Assembly (NCBI GenBank): GCA_963675525.2
Contig: CAXXSL010000016.1
Coordinates: 768,001-832,000, forward strand
Direction of reading: 5' to 3'
Source of the DNA: Anaerohalosphaeraceae bacterium
GTDB lineage: Bacteria; Planctomycetota; Phycisphaerae; Sedimentisphaerales; Anaerohalosphaeraceae
Length of the DNA: 64,000 nt
The notes below the pieces were generated by a model, which was not told the origin of the DNA, ran no database searches, and saw only the letters and a program-made list of their open reading frames with translations. Position 1 is the stretch's first letter. Every line of letters starts with the position of its first letter. The translations under genes and the position numbers were made by a program. Of this stretch, positions 1 to 10,442 are shown in pieces.

Positions 1-1
1 C

Positions 2-220
2 GATGATCATGTCCAAACACTGCTGGAGGCCAAACGCATCGCCGTCAAGCGAATCGCCATTTTGGAATATCCGCACAAAGAACAGCCATTCGGCCCGCCG
101 ATGCATCACCGGCTTAAACCCGAACAGATTAGAGACTTCGCAAAACAGGCCGGTCTGGAGACCCTGAAAATTGTTGAACTGACAAATGTCAACTTATATT
201 TAATGGACATATCGTCATGA
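2..220 (+). CDS. Partial CDS (3' end), probable class I SAM-dependent methyltransferase
   Basis: Open frame from base 2 (DDHVQTLLEAKRIAVKRIAILEYPHKEQPFGPPMHHRL...) ending TGA at 218-220, ATGA overlap with next gene; 'FGPPxxHRL' is typical of methyltransferase C-termini. Confidence 0.55.
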   Translation, partial: DDHVQTLLEAKRIAVKRIAILEYPHKEQPFGPPMHHRLKPEQIRDFAKQAGLETLKIVELTNVNLYLMDISS

Positions 221-984
221 AAAAATCGAACGGGTTCAAAGATACCGTTGTGATCGTCACTGGCGGCGGACAGGGCATCGGGTTGTGCATCGCGCAAACA
301 TTTTTGCGGGCCGGAGCCAGTGTGGTCATCGCCGAACATAACGCCGCGTTACAACTGAAAGCCGAGGCGTTCCTCAATGCCGGCGACATGCTGTTATTCT
401 CAGTGACGGACGTGTCATCGGAAACATCTGTGCAGTCGATGGTCGAGGATACTGTTCGGCGATTTGGCCGGATCGATTTTTTAATTCACAATGCGGCTAA
501 AGCCTGCAATGAACCGATTGACACGTTGACGTTTGATCAATGGCAACTGGTACTCGGCGTCAATCTATCGGGTGCATTTTTATGTGCCAAGCATTGTAAG
601 ACTCCGCTTGTAGAGAATCACGGGGCCATCGTGAATATTGCCTCGACACGAACATTGATGAGTGAGGCCAACACAGAGGCCTACTCGGCCAGCAAGGGCG
701 GCATTGTTGCACTGACCCATTCGCTGGCGATGAGTATGACGCCGCACGTTCGCGTTAACTGCATCAGCCCGGGATGGATCGTGACCGACGCCTATCAGCA
801 CGGTGCCTCGCATACGAAGCTGTCCGATGAAGACCATGCCCAGCATCCGGCAGGGCAGGTCGGCCGGCCCGAAGACATCGCCGAAATGGCCCTGTACCTG
901 TGTTCGGACAAGGCAGGCTTTATCACCGGACAAAACTTCATCATCGACGGCGGTATGACCAAAAAAATGATTTATAGTGAATAA
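217..984 (+). CDS. Short-chain dehydrogenase/reductase (SDR)
   Basis: TGGGQGIG, HNAA, catalytic YSASK, VNCISPG. Confidence 0.93.
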   Translation: MKKSNGFKDTVVIVTGGGQGIGLCIAQTFLRAGASVVIAEHNAALQLKAEAFLNAGDMLLFSVTDVSSETSVQSMVEDTVRRFGRIDFLIHNAAKACNEPIDTLTFDQWQLVLGVNLSGAFLCAKHCKTPLVENHGAIVNIASTRTLMSEANTEAYSASKGGIVALTHSLAMSMTPHVRVNCISPGWIVTDAYQHGASHTKLSDEDHAQHPAGQVGRPEDIAEMALYLCSDKAGFITGQNFIIDGGMTKKMIYSE

Positions 985-994
985 GGAATAAACC

Positions 995-1705
995 GTGGAA
1001 CCATTACAGCTTTGCATCGTTTGGTATGTCGTATTTGTTTTCTCAACGGTGTTTCATGAGTTTTCACATGCGATGGTGGCGTATAAGTTCGGGGACCGGA
1101 CTGCGGCGCATCACGGACTGGTGACGCTGAATCCGGTTCCGCATATTCAGCGGTCGCCCGTTGGGATGCTGGTCGTGCCGCTGTTGAGTTTTGTTCACAT
1201 GCACTGGATGATCGGCTGGGCGAGTGTGCCGTACGATCCGTACTGGGCACATCGGTATCCGAAGCAGGCTGCCCTGATGGGTCTGGCCGGACCGGCGGCA
1301 AACCTGGCGCTGGTCATTGTCGCGGGCATTTTGATTCATCTCGGGATTTCGGCGGGAATATTCCATGCACCGGAATCGATCGGTTTTACACGAGTGGTTG
1401 AGGCCAATGCCGATGGTTTGCAGAAAGGACTGGCGATCCTGGTCAGCATCCTGTTTACACTGAATCTGCTGTTGTGCGTGTTCAACCTGATCCCGATCAC
1501 ACCGCTGGACGGCACGGCACTGGCGGAATTTATCCTGCAGGGTGAAATTCTGCATAAATACCGGGCTTTGATGACGCACCCGACGGTTCGCATGTTCGGC
1601 ATTTTTATTGCTTGGTATGTTATCGGTTTTATATATAGCCCGATTCATTTGTTTGCGCTGAATACTCTTTATTTCTTCCGTGGAATCAGCTATGGAACTC
1701 AATAA
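995..1705 (+). CDS. Site-2 protease (peptidase M50)
   Basis: HEFSH zinc motif, AGPAAN, FNLIPITPLDG, multiple TM segments. Confidence 0.92.
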   Translation: MEPLQLCIVWYVVFVFSTVFHEFSHAMVAYKFGDRTAAHHGLVTLNPVPHIQRSPVGMLVVPLLSFVHMHWMIGWASVPYDPYWAHRYPKQAALMGLAGPAANLALVIVAGILIHLGISAGIFHAPESIGFTRVVEANADGLQKGLAILVSILFTLNLLLCVFNLIPITPLDGTALAEFILQGEILHKYRALMTHPTVRMFGIFIAWYVIGFIYSPIHLFALNTLYFFRGISYGTQ

Positions 1706-2420
1706 ATACGAATATGAATCGGTTATTTTTGGTTACCATCGCGGCCGTGTATTTGCGGAAAACAAAAAAGCCGCCAGAGCCATTCTTTCACAATATCAAC
1801 TCCCCACTTGTCGTTTGTGGAAATATGGCACTAAGCCTTGGTTTGACAATACAGTTGGAACCGGTGGCATGGCTTATTCTCCGAATCTGTTTGAAAAAAT
1901 ATCCGAATCAGATGATTTTATTCTATACAAAACAACTCGCTTATGGCCACGCGTCCTTGGCGGTATCTTAATGGTTGCCGGAATTGCAATTTTTGCCATT
2001 TCAATCTCCTCCGCCCCTATAATTGGTATTCCAGCGTTATTGTTATTGGGGGCAGGGGGTTATTGTATGTTGGCAGGCAATACCTGGATAAAAATTGACA
2101 AAAAAAACCTCACCATTTCACTTTTAACAAAAATTTGGCCGTCATTTTACACTCAAAAGAGAACTCTCGATTGCCATCTCGCAAAAAGTTTCAAGATAAC
2201 TCAAGAATATTTTTTCACACATGATTATGCTTTGTATTGCCTGCTTGCGGTTTTTGATGAGATCGAAATCGTCGTCACTGCTAACAGCTCAAAAAATGAT
2301 ATCCTTCAAACAGGCGATGATATTTCCTCGTTTTTAGGGATCCCTCTATCGGCTGATTTGCGCCCAAACGAGTTGATGCTTGGCGGCAAGCTACGAAAGA
2401 AATCCCGGAGGCCATGGTAG
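1692..2420 (+). CDS. Hypothetical membrane protein (2 TM), AT-rich
   Basis: About 240-aa ORF with a central hydrophobic hairpin; visibly lower GC than neighbours. Confidence 0.6.
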   Translation: MELNKYEYESVIFGYHRGRVFAENKKAARAILSQYQLPTCRLWKYGTKPWFDNTVGTGGMAYSPNLFEKISESDDFILYKTTRLWPRVLGGILMVAGIAIFAISISSAPIIGIPALLLLGAGGYCMLAGNTWIKIDKKNLTISLLTKIWPSFYTQKRTLDCHLAKSFKITQEYFFTHDYALYCLLAVFDEIEIVVTANSSKNDILQTGDDISSFLGIPLSADLRPNELMLGGKLRKKSRRPW

Positions 2421-2507
2421 AATCACATTTCTTCGAATAAGATTCAGTATTGCCGGAAGGGCGATTTCAGGGTACAATGAGGCCAAAGTCGTTTTTTGGA
2501 GTCATTC

Positions 2508-3455
2508 ATGCGGACACGAAAACTGGGACAAACGGATTTGGAGCTGACGGTCATCGGGCTGGGAACCTGGGCCATTGGCGGGCCGTGGCAGTACGGCTGG
2601 GGGCCGCAGGACGACGCCGAATCGGTACGGACAATTCTCGCGGCAGTCGATGCGGGCATCAACTGGCTCGATACGGCCCCGATCTACGGCTGCGGGCATT
2701 CGGAGGAAGTCGTCGGCAGGGCACTCAAACAAATGTCTCGAAAGCCGCTGATCGCGACGAAGTGCGGCCAGTTGTGGAATGATAAACGCGAAAAAATCCG
2801 TTGTCTGGACCCCAGCAGTATTATGAAGGAATGTGAAGACAGCCTTAAACGCCTAGGCGTTGACGTGATCGACCTGTACCAGATACATTGGCCGCAGCCG
2901 GACCAGCAGCTCGAAGAGGGCTGGGGGGCGATGGCGTCATTGGTCCAGCAGGGCAAAGTGCGGCATATCGGCGCATCCAATTTCACCGTCGCCCAACTTG
3001 AGCGGGTCGGAAAAATTCACCCGGTCGCCAGTTTGCAGCCGCCGTATAGTATGCTTAGGCGGGGTATCGAAGAAAATTTACTGCCGTACTGTGGCCAGCA
3101 CAAAATCGGTATCGTTGTCTACAGTCCCATGCAGAAGGGCCTTTTAACCGGCAAGTTCACCAAAGAACACATGCAGACATTGGCGCCGGATGACCACCGC
3201 CACGGTGACCCAAATTTTATCGGTGATAAATTTGAACAAAATCTGAAAATTGTCGACGCCTTACGGCTAATTGCCGAACGAAACGGAAAAACCGTGGCGC
3301 AGTTAGCCATCGCCTGGGTCTTGCGAAAAGAAGAAGTTACTGCCGCGATTGTCGGCGCACGAAAACAAAAACAAATCGAAGAAACTGTCCTGGCCGGAAA
3401 CTGGGTACTGGATGAAGAAGACATAAAAAAAATTGAAAGCGTGCTGGCAGGATAG
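2508..3455 (+). CDS. Aldo/keto reductase
   Basis: IGLGTWAIGG, DTAPIYG, ATKCG, IDLYQIHWP, IGASNF, YSPMQKGLLTGK. Confidence 0.95.
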   Translation: MRTRKLGQTDLELTVIGLGTWAIGGPWQYGWGPQDDAESVRTILAAVDAGINWLDTAPIYGCGHSEEVVGRALKQMSRKPLIATKCGQLWNDKREKIRCLDPSSIMKECEDSLKRLGVDVIDLYQIHWPQPDQQLEEGWGAMASLVQQGKVRHIGASNFTVAQLERVGKIHPVASLQPPYSMLRRGIEENLLPYCGQHKIGIVVYSPMQKGLLTGKFTKEHMQTLAPDDHRHGDPNFIGDKFEQNLKIVDALRLIAERNGKTVAQLAIAWVLRKEEVTAAIVGARKQKQIEETVLAGNWVLDEEDIKKIESVLAG

Positions 3456-3458
3456 GGT

Positions 3459-3525
3459 TTAAATCCGAAGCTCGAAATTCTAAATCCGAAACAAATTCAA
3501 ATGACCAAAGAACAAAATTCAAAAC
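3459..3525. repeat. Left arm: 7-bp-periodic tract, inverted relative to 3860-3917
   Basis: aaatccg aagctcg aaattct aaatccg aaacaaa ttcaaat... Confidence 0.75.
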
Positions 3526-3859
3526 AATACGATCTGGAAGAGCGAACTTTCATGTTTGCGAATAATGTTAGGACGCTGATACGAAAATTGGACAAAGATA
3601 TAATTACCGTTGAAAACAGCTTATCAGATCCTCCGGATCAGTAGGCGCAAATTATATCGAAGCCAATGAATCTTTAAGCAAAAAAGATTTTTTAATGCGT
3701 ATAAAAATATCGCGGAAAGAAGCCAAGGAAAGTACATACTGGTTGAAAATGCTTTATATTAATGGGGATTTGAAATTAGATGACATGAGAAATAATCTCG
3801 TTCAGGAATCCATAGAGTTAACCAATATTTTCGGTGCAATTTTAAGGAAGAGCCAGTAG
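3501..3859 (+). pseudogene. Four-helix-bundle protein (TIGR02436 / 23S rRNA IVP-like), frameshifted
   Basis: MTKEQNSKQYDLEERTFMFANNVR... then in another frame from 3617 QLIRSSGSVGANYIEANESLSKKDFLMRIKISRKEAKESTYWL...IFGAILRKSQ*; not in the ORF track. Confidence 0.88.
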
Positions 3860-3917
3860 GTTTTAATTTTGAATTTCGGGTTTGTTTCGAGTTTCGATAT
3901 TCGTATTTCGAATTTAA
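3860..3917. repeat. Right arm: 7-bp-periodic tract, inverted relative to 3459-3525
   Basis: gaatttc gggtttg tttc gagtttc gatattc gtatttc gaattt; reverse complement aligns with the left arm. Confidence 0.75.
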
Positions 3918-3941
3918 TCACTTAATAACAGGATAGATACG

Positions 3942-5375
3942 ATGGCAAAGGACACGACAAATTATGCAAGTCCGCTGGTAGAGCGGAATGCGTCGAAAGA
4001 GATGGCCGCGTTGTTCGGGCCGAACAAAAAATTCTCAACTTGGCGCAGGCTGTGGCTGGAACTGGCGAGAGGCCAGCAAAAACTGGGTTTGCAGATTACC
4101 AACGTCCAGCTCAAAGAGATGCAAAAGCATCTGGACGATATCGATTACAAAAAGGCCGCGGCGTATGAAAAGAAATTCCGCCATGATGTGATGGCGCACG
4201 TACATACGTTTGGAGATGTTGCGCCAAAAGCCGCACCGATCATTCATCTCGGCGCAACAAGCTGTTACGTCGGCGACAATGCCGACTTAATTATCATGCG
4301 AGAAGGGATGAAATTGTTGGCAGGTAAATTGGCAGCGCTGATCGACCGGCTGGGCAAGTTCGCCAAACAATACCGCTCCATGCCCGCGCTGGGCTTTACG
4401 CATTATCAGCCCGCACAGTTAACCACCGTCGGCAAACGCGCAACATTGTGGTGTTACGATTTCGCGATGGACTTGGCCGACATGGAACGGCGCATCGAAA
4501 CCATCCCGTTCCGCGGCGTCAAGGGTACGACCGGCACACAGGCGTCATTTTTGGCGCTGTTCGACGGCAATCACACCAAGGTGAAAAAACTCGACGAAAT
4601 AGTCGCCAAGGCATTCGGCTTTAAACATCGCTGTGCAGTTACGGGTCAGACCTATCCGCGCAAGATTGACAAACTCGTCGTCGACACGCTGGCATCGGTA
4701 GCCCAATCGGCGCATAAGATGTGCAACGATATTCGCTTGCTGGCCAATCTGAAGGAAATTGAAGAGCCGTTTGAAAAATCGCAGATCGGTTCGTCGGCCA
4801 TGGCGTACAAACGCAACCCGATGCGGTGCGAACGCACAACGGGACTGGCCCGGCTGGTGATGAGCCTGGCGTCCAGCCCGACAATGACCGCCGCTGAACA
4901 ATGGCTGGAGCGCACGCTGGACGACTCGGCCAATCGGCGCATCAGCATTGCCGAGGCATTTTTGGCAACGGACGGCATTCTGGAAATTTTGATTAACGTC
5001 GCTTCCGGCATGGTCGTCTATCCGAAGGTGATCGCCGCACGCGTGATGAGTGAACTGCCCTTTATGGCAACAGAAAATATCATGATGGCGGGCGTTCAGG
5101 CCGGCGGCAACCGGCAGGACCTGCACGAAAAAATTCGCGTGCATTCCCACGCCGCCGCCGCACAGGTCAAACAGCACGGTAAAGAAAATGACCTGCTCGA
5201 ACGGCTCAAAAATGACCCGGTGTTTGCAAAAGTAGATTTGAAAAAGGTCATGAACCCGAAAGCCTACATTGGCAGGGCTCCCGAACAGGTCAACGAATTC
5301 ATCGCCGAAGTCGTCGCCCCCGTCCGGCGTAAATACAAAAAAGAACTCAATAAAAAAGTAGAACTGAAAGTATGA
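3942..5375 (+). CDS. purB: Adenylosuccinate lyase
   Basis: [23 protein letters not shown], signature [11 protein letters not shown]. Confidence 0.97.
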   Translation: MAKDTTNYASPLVERNASKEMAALFGPNKKFSTWRRLWLELARGQQKLGLQITNVQLKEMQKHLDDIDYKKAAAYEKKFRHDVMAHVHTFGDVAPKAAPIIHLGATSCYVGDNADLIIMREGMKLLAGKLAALIDRLGKFAKQYRSMPALGFTHYQPAQLTTVGKRATLWCYDFAMDLADMERRIETIPFRGVKGTTGTQASFLALFDGNHTKVKKLDEIVAKAFGFKHRCAVTGQTYPRKIDKLVVDTLASVAQSAHKMCNDIRLLANLKEIEEPFEKSQIGSSAMAYKRNPMRCERTTGLARLVMSLASSPTMTAAEQWLERTLDDSANRRISIAEAFLATDGILEILINVASGMVVYPKVIAARVMSELPFMATENIMMAGVQAGGNRQDLHEKIRVHSHAAAAQVKQHGKENDLLERLKNDPVFAKVDLKKVMNPKAYIGRAPEQVNEFIAEVVAPVRRKYKKELNKKVELKV

Positions 5376-6313
5376 TGTCAAAATCATATACAATACTTAT
5401 CGTTTTAATATGCGCCGTGGTTTGCTTGTTTTTTCAACCCGGCTGTATCACACAATGCAAATGTCCGGAGAATATCAAGACCGAAGGCATTATTGCGCCG
5501 GGTGCGACCCTGCAGGAAATTTCGACCGCGTTTACATTCACCGAAGGGCCGGCGGCCGATGCGGCGGGTAACGTGTATTTTACGGACCAGCCCAATAATC
5601 GGATTATGATTTACACGGTTGACGGCCGGATTGAAACGTTCCTGCAGCCGGCAGGGCGGTCCAATGGGTTGTATTTCGACGAACAGGGAAACCTGATCGC
5701 CTGTGCAGACGAAAACAACGAACTGTGGCAGATCGATATCAAGACCGGAACGCATAAAGTCCTGGCCCATCTGTATAATGGAAAACGTCTGAACGAGCCC
5801 AATGATACCTGGGTCCGGCCGAGAAAAAATGGGCTTTATTTTACTGACCCGTTTCATCAACGACCCTGGTGGACGCATTACGCACCGACACAGGATGTGC
5901 AGGGCGTTTATTTTCTTTCGCCCGATGGGACACTGGTCCGTGTCATCGCCGATCTCGAAGTGCCCAACGGCATTATCGGTACGCCGGACGGAAAGACGCT
6001 CTATGTCTCCGACCGCGGGGCCAATAAAACATATGTGTACGCCATTGAACCGAACGGGACGCTGAGCGGCAAAAAACTGTTCTGCGACATGGGCTCCGAC
6101 GGCATGACGGTCGACTGCTGCGGCAATGTGTATTTGACGAACGACAAGGGTGTAACCGTTTTCAACCCGGCGGGAAAGCAGACTGAGCAAATCAAAATCC
6201 CGCAGCGCTGGACCGCAAATGTGACCTTTGCGGGAAAGAATCGAAAAACCCTGTTCATCACCGCCAGTCCCGGAATTTACACGTTACAAATGAATGTGAC
6301 CGGTGTAAAATAA
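5372..6313 (+). CDS. SMP-30/gluconolactonase family protein, exported
   Basis: FTEGP, SNGL, PND, YFTDP, PNGI, DGMTVD; N-terminal hydrophobic signal. Confidence 0.9.
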   Translation: MMSKSYTILIVLICAVVCLFFQPGCITQCKCPENIKTEGIIAPGATLQEISTAFTFTEGPAADAAGNVYFTDQPNNRIMIYTVDGRIETFLQPAGRSNGLYFDEQGNLIACADENNELWQIDIKTGTHKVLAHLYNGKRLNEPNDTWVRPRKNGLYFTDPFHQRPWWTHYAPTQDVQGVYFLSPDGTLVRVIADLEVPNGIIGTPDGKTLYVSDRGANKTYVYAIEPNGTLSGKKLFCDMGSDGMTVDCCGNVYLTNDKGVTVFNPAGKQTEQIKIPQRWTANVTFAGKNRKTLFITASPGIYTLQMNVTGVK

Positions 6314-6351
6314 TTTAATATTCAACATCAACCTTTATTTTGGAGTGACCT

Positions 6352-6876
6352 GTGGACAAGCAGCAATTAACAGCACGGATTAAGGAAGTGTCGTACCTGG
6401 AAGGTGATTTTCTTCTGCGCAGCGGCAAACGCAGTAAATATTATATGGATAAGTACCTGTTCGAAACGCAGCCGGATGTCCTGCGGCAGTTGGGTGTCGA
6501 ATTCGGCAAACATCTGACCGACGACGTCACGCTCATCGCCGGGGCGGAACTGGGCGGCGTGGCGCTGGCAGCGGCAACAGCCATGCAAGCCAACAAGCCC
6601 TGGATTATCATCCGCAACAGCAAAAAAGATTACGGCACCAGCAAAATGGTCGAAGGCGTGCTCAAGGCGGGCGATGTCGTGCTGCTGGTCGAAGATATCG
6701 CCACTACGGGTGGACAGGTCCTCGAAGCGGCTAAGATCATCGCCGAAGCCGGGGCAACAGTTAAAAAGATCGTTTGTGTGATCGACCGCAAGCAGGGCGG
6801 TCGCGAAAACATCGAAGGCGCTGGTTATGCCTTTGACAGCATCATCACCAAAGAAGATCTGGGTATTACCGACTAA
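6352..6876 (+). CDS. pyrE: Orotate phosphoribosyltransferase
   Basis: FLLRSGKRSKYYMD, KDYGT, PRPP motif LLVEDIATTGG. Confidence 0.95.
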   Translation: MDKQQLTARIKEVSYLEGDFLLRSGKRSKYYMDKYLFETQPDVLRQLGVEFGKHLTDDVTLIAGAELGGVALAAATAMQANKPWIIIRNSKKDYGTSKMVEGVLKAGDVVLLVEDIATTGGQVLEAAKIIAEAGATVKKIVCVIDRKQGGRENIEGAGYAFDSIITKEDLGITD

Positions 6877-6906
6877 AAGAAACAAAACATTAGAGCAGAG
6901 ATTTCG

Positions 6907-6938
6907 GGTAAGGCTCCTGCCCGGGGTCTTGCCTTTTT
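6907..6938. terminator. Probable intrinsic terminator between convergent pyrE and coaB
   Basis: GGTAAGGCTCC/GGGGTCTTGCC hairpin followed by a T run. Confidence 0.6.
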
Positions 6939-7566
6939 ATATGTTCTGAAGACGAGAAATAATTCGTTTCGCAGATACGGCTTTGGTAGCGTTTTCAAAT
7001 GTCTGCCAGTCGGTGTTTTTGGTTTTGATGTGAATGGTGGACTTATTTGAACCGATGGCGGACGGTTCGTTGGCGACGATCATGTCGAGTTTTTTGGTTT
7101 TCAGTTTTTTCTCCGCATTTGCCAGAAGATTGGTGTCTTCCAATGCGAAGCCAACGATGATTTGCGAGGCCTTTTTGCTCCGCCCGACCCACTTGAGAAC
7201 GTCCATGGTGCGTGCCAGTTTCAGTGTCATGACGGCTTGGTCTTTCTTGATCTTGTACGCGCTGCTGGTGGCGGGCTTGTAATCCGACACCGCCGCGGCC
7301 ATGATCAGGCAATCACATTTTTCAAACTCGGCCTGGACGGTTTTGAACATCTGGCCGCTGGTCACAACATCGATCACCTTTGCCCCTTTTGGCGGGCGCA
7401 GATTGGTTGGGGCAGAAATGAGTGTTACCTTGAATCCGGCTTTAATCGCTGCCGCCGCCAGAGCATACCCCATCCTGCCCGAACTGGCATTGGAAATATA
7501 TCGCACGGGATCAATATATTCGCGTGTCCCGCCGGCAGTAATCAGAATGTTGCATTTTTTTTTCAT
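6937..7566 (-). CDS. coaB: Phosphopantothenoylcysteine synthetase (stand-alone CoaB)
   Basis: LITAGGTREYIDPVRYISNASSGRMG, AAAVSDY, VGFALE, DMIVAN. Confidence 0.92.
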   Translation of the reverse strand: MKKKCNILITAGGTREYIDPVRYISNASSGRMGYALAAAAIKAGFKVTLISAPTNLRPPKGAKVIDVVTSGQMFKTVQAEFEKCDCLIMAAAVSDYKPATSSAYKIKKDQAVMTLKLARTMDVLKWVGRSKKASQIIVGFALEDTNLLANAEKKLKTKKLDMIVANEPSAIGSNKSTIHIKTKNTDWQTFENATKAVSAKRIISRLQNI

Positions 7567-7612
7567 GGTGTGTTTTTTCAGCAGGCCGTCAACCTGCCCT
7601 TTGCTTGATAAC

Positions 7613-8176
7613 TTAGAGCCCGGCAATCGCTTCAATGATATCGGCCGGTTCGGCCATGCGACCGATGCCCTCGGTGCCGCAGGCCAGGCGTCCGGCTTCA
7701 GGGCCGATGGTTTTGAATTTCAGTTGCTCCTGTACAATCGCGACATTCCGTTGGACAATCGGGTTGGCCCACATTTGACTGTTCATTGCCGGGGCCAGCA
7801 GCACTTTCTTGTCCCAGCAGGCACACAGGGTCGTACTCAGCAAATCATCGCAAATACCATTGGCCGCTTTGGCGATGATGTCCGCCGTAGCGGGGGCAAC
7901 CACAATCCAATCGGCCCAGTCGGCCAGTTGGATATGGCCTATCTTGAAATCTTCCGGCCGTGTCCACATGCTCGTATAGACCGGTTGGCCCGTCACTGCT
8001 TCCAGCGTCACGGGAGTAATCAGCTTGCAGGCGCTTTCGGTCATGATCGTGCGCACCACCGCCCCGGCACCGGTCAGCTTGCTTGCCAGATCGGCGGCCT
8101 TATACGCAGCGATCCCGCCGGTGATCCCCAGCAGGATTTTTTTGCCGTCAAGTTTTGTCTGTTGCGGAACCATCAA
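7613..8176 (-). CDS. coaC: Phosphopantothenoylcysteine decarboxylase (stand-alone CoaC)
   Basis: LGITGGIAAYK, HIQLA, APAMNSQMW, LACGTEGIGRM. Confidence 0.92.
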   Translation of the reverse strand: MMVPQQTKLDGKKILLGITGGIAAYKAADLASKLTGAGAVVRTIMTESACKLITPVTLEAVTGQPVYTSMWTRPEDFKIGHIQLADWADWIVVAPATADIIAKAANGICDDLLSTTLCACWDKKVLLAPAMNSQMWANPIVQRNVAIVQEQLKFKTIGPEAGRLACGTEGIGRMAEPADIIEAIAGL

Positions 8177-8185
8177 TAACGCACG

Positions 8186-8416
8186 TTAGAGCAAATCGGC
8201 CTTCGGCTTGGGCTCATCGCCTGTTTCATCCAGCACAATTTTGCCTTCTTTGATTTCCTGGACAACGATTTCTATCATGGTTTTCCCTTCGGTGTCCTCA
8301 ATTAGGGGCCGACTGCCCTCCATCATTTCAACCATGCGTTTCTGGATCAGGGCCGACAGTTTGAAACGTCCGCCCACTTTGTTGAGTACTTCGTTATTTT
8401 TCAATTCTTCGATCAT
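8186..8416 (-). CDS. rpoZ: RNA polymerase omega subunit
   Basis: [13 protein letters not shown]; located between gmk and coaC. Confidence 0.88.
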   Translation of the reverse strand: MIEELKNNEVLNKVGGRFKLSALIQKRMVEMMEGSRPLIEDTEGKTMIEIVVQEIKEGKIVLDETGDEPKPKADLL

Positions 8417-8418
8417 AT

Positions 8419-9000
8419 TTAATCCTCAATTTTCCCTTCGATTATATCAACAACTTCCTGTACCGCCTGTTCCAGGTCATCATTAACCACCATGTGGTTA
8501 TAATGCTGCCAGGCCGCGGCTATTTCAGAGCTGGCCGTTTCCAGCCTGATTTTTTTGCTGTTTGTATCTTCACCTCTGCCGCGACCGTCAATTCGTGTCT
8601 GCAGTTCTTCTTTTCGCGGCGGCAGCAAAAAGATCATCATGGCGTCAGGGCACTGCTTTTGAACCTGCGTCGCTCCCTGGACGTCGATCTCCAGAATCAC
8701 AACACGTCCTTCTTTCAGCGCTGTCTCAACCGGCTTTCGGGGTGTACCATAATAATTTTCAAAGACCTTGGCATATTCCAGAAAATCGTCTTCTTTGATA
8801 CGTTTTTCAAACTCGTCTTTGGTCAAAAACCAATAATTGGCGCCATCGACCTCCGCGGTGCCTTTCGGGCGGGTCGTTGCCGAAACACTTAAAAAAGCAT
8901 CCAGTTTTTTAACCACTCGATTACAAACCGTACTCTTACCGACGCCGGATGGTCCACTGATGATTACGAGTTTGCCGTTTGTCTCTTGGGTGTCTGTCAT
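8419..9000 (-). CDS. gmk: Guanylate kinase
   Basis: [29 protein letters not shown]. Confidence 0.96.
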   Translation of the reverse strand: MTDTQETNGKLVIISGPSGVGKSTVCNRVVKKLDAFLSVSATTRPKGTAEVDGANYWFLTKDEFEKRIKEDDFLEYAKVFENYYGTPRKPVETALKEGRVVILEIDVQGATQVQKQCPDAMMIFLLPPRKEELQTRIDGRGRGEDTNSKKIRLETASSEIAAAWQHYNHMVVNDDLEQAVQEVVDIIEGKIED

Positions 9001-9042
9001 TTCTTATCTATGATTTAAAAGAATCATACCTGTATTTTCCGT

Positions 9043-9927
9043 TTATTCCACGTTTTGCACTTGTTCTTTAATGCGGTCAACGGCACATTTAATCTCAATG
9101 ACCGATTGAGCGATGGCCGCATCGGCGCTCTTGCTGCCGATCGTATTAGCCTCACGCAGCATTTCCTGCGTAACAAAATCCAGTCGGCGTCCCACCGGCC
9201 CGCCTTTTTGGCAGCAATCTTTAAACTGCTGCAAGTGCGCATTGAGCCGGGACACTTCCTCTGCAATATCACTGCGTTCGGCAAAGATCGCCACTTCCCG
9301 AACCAGTAGGTTCTCGTCCAGCTTTAGCTTGGCCTGTGCCAATAGATTCTCAACACGGTCTTTCAGACGATCATGATAATCCTGCACCACCATATCCACC
9401 CGGGCGCCAATCACGTTGAGCTGTTCGGCGATCCGATCACAGTTGGCCAGCAAATCTTTCCTGAGTACGTTGCCTTCCTCGGCCCGCGAGGCGCTCAAGT
9501 GCTCCAGCGCTTCCTGCGTCAGTAACAAAACCACCTGGCGCATCCGTTCGGTCTGCTCTTCCGTCGGAATTGCCGGCTGAACGATTCCGGGCAGAGACAA
9601 CAGCGAACCCAGGTCAAGTCGGCAGTGCTGGTCGTTTTGCGGCAGCAACGCTTTGAGCCGCTGCACATAAGCAGCCAGGGAATGTTCATCGATGTCAAAC
9701 AAGGCCTGGCCGGAAATATTTTTCATCCGAAGGGAGTAATTGACCGTTCCCCGCTGTATGTTCTTGCGATGCAGTTTTTCAACGTCGCCTTCCAGGAACG
9801 CCGCTATATCCGGCAAACGGACCTGCGTCTTGAAATAACGGTTGTTCACCGAGCGAATCTCGACGGTATAAATAACACCATCCGCTTCAGCGCAAGCCTG
9901 CCCAAATCCTGTCATACTGCGAATCAT
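9043..9927 (-). CDS. YicC/YloC family endoribonuclease
   Basis: SMTGFG, EIRSVNNR, GRRLDFVTQEMLREANTIGSK, EQVQNVE. Confidence 0.94.
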   Translation of the reverse strand: MIRSMTGFGQACAEADGVIYTVEIRSVNNRYFKTQVRLPDIAAFLEGDVEKLHRKNIQRGTVNYSLRMKNISGQALFDIDEHSLAAYVQRLKALLPQNDQHCRLDLGSLLSLPGIVQPAIPTEEQTERMRQVVLLLTQEALEHLSASRAEEGNVLRKDLLANCDRIAEQLNVIGARVDMVVQDYHDRLKDRVENLLAQAKLKLDENLLVREVAIFAERSDIAEEVSRLNAHLQQFKDCCQKGGPVGRRLDFVTQEMLREANTIGSKSADAAIAQSVIEIKCAVDRIKEQVQNVE

Positions 9928-9944
9928 ACACACGCTCCGGTCGA

Positions 9945-10400
9945 TTATTTCGTTTCTTCGGGGGCTGTCTCGACTGCATCATTGACGGCACCGGCAGCTT
10001 CATCAACAACCAGCGTCTCGGCCGAAACCGATTCCGTCACAGTTGCGTCCGGTATTTCGGTCGTCGGGATCGCAGCATCTGTTTCAGCAGGCGCAACCGG
10101 AGCGGCTGTTTGAGACATCGGAGAAGAGGACAGGTCGGTTGACATTCCCGGACGCATGAATTTACCCAGTAACACGGCAAGGATCAAAAACATCGCCACC
10201 AGGCAAATCGTTACCCATGTCAGGAAATCGCCCGTCTTTGTGCCCAGCAGGCTGCCCGCACCGCCGCCACCAAATGCGGCGCTGATCCCGCCGCCGCGCC
10301 CTTTCTGCAGCAGTACGATCAAAATGATCGCAACGCACACCAGGATAAATAGAACCACCATCAAATTCCATACAAATGAAAGTGCAAGCGGAAGAACCAT
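9945..10400 (-). CDS. secG: Preprotein translocase subunit SecG with acidic C-terminal tail
   Basis: VLLQKGRGGGISAAFGG, two TM segments, follows tpiA. Confidence 0.92.
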   Translation of the reverse strand: MVLPLALSFVWNLMVVLFILVCVAIILIVLLQKGRGGGISAAFGGGGAGSLLGTKTGDFLTWVTICLVAMFLILAVLLGKFMRPGMSTDLSSSPMSQTAAPVAPAETDAAIPTTEIPDATVTESVSAETLVVDEAAGAVNDAVETAPEETK

Positions 10401-10442
10401 AGTTTATATTCCTTAATTTCTATACTTAATGTCATTATCAAT

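Noticed and set aside
3501..3859. Diversity-generating retroelement (Avd-like gene)
   Set aside because: No reverse transcriptase and no TR/VR pair; the two differences in the 71-bp GLUG repeat are not at adenines
6937..8176. Split coaC/coaB as a frameshift artefact or novelty
   Set aside because: Clean stop, spacer and separate start; split forms are known
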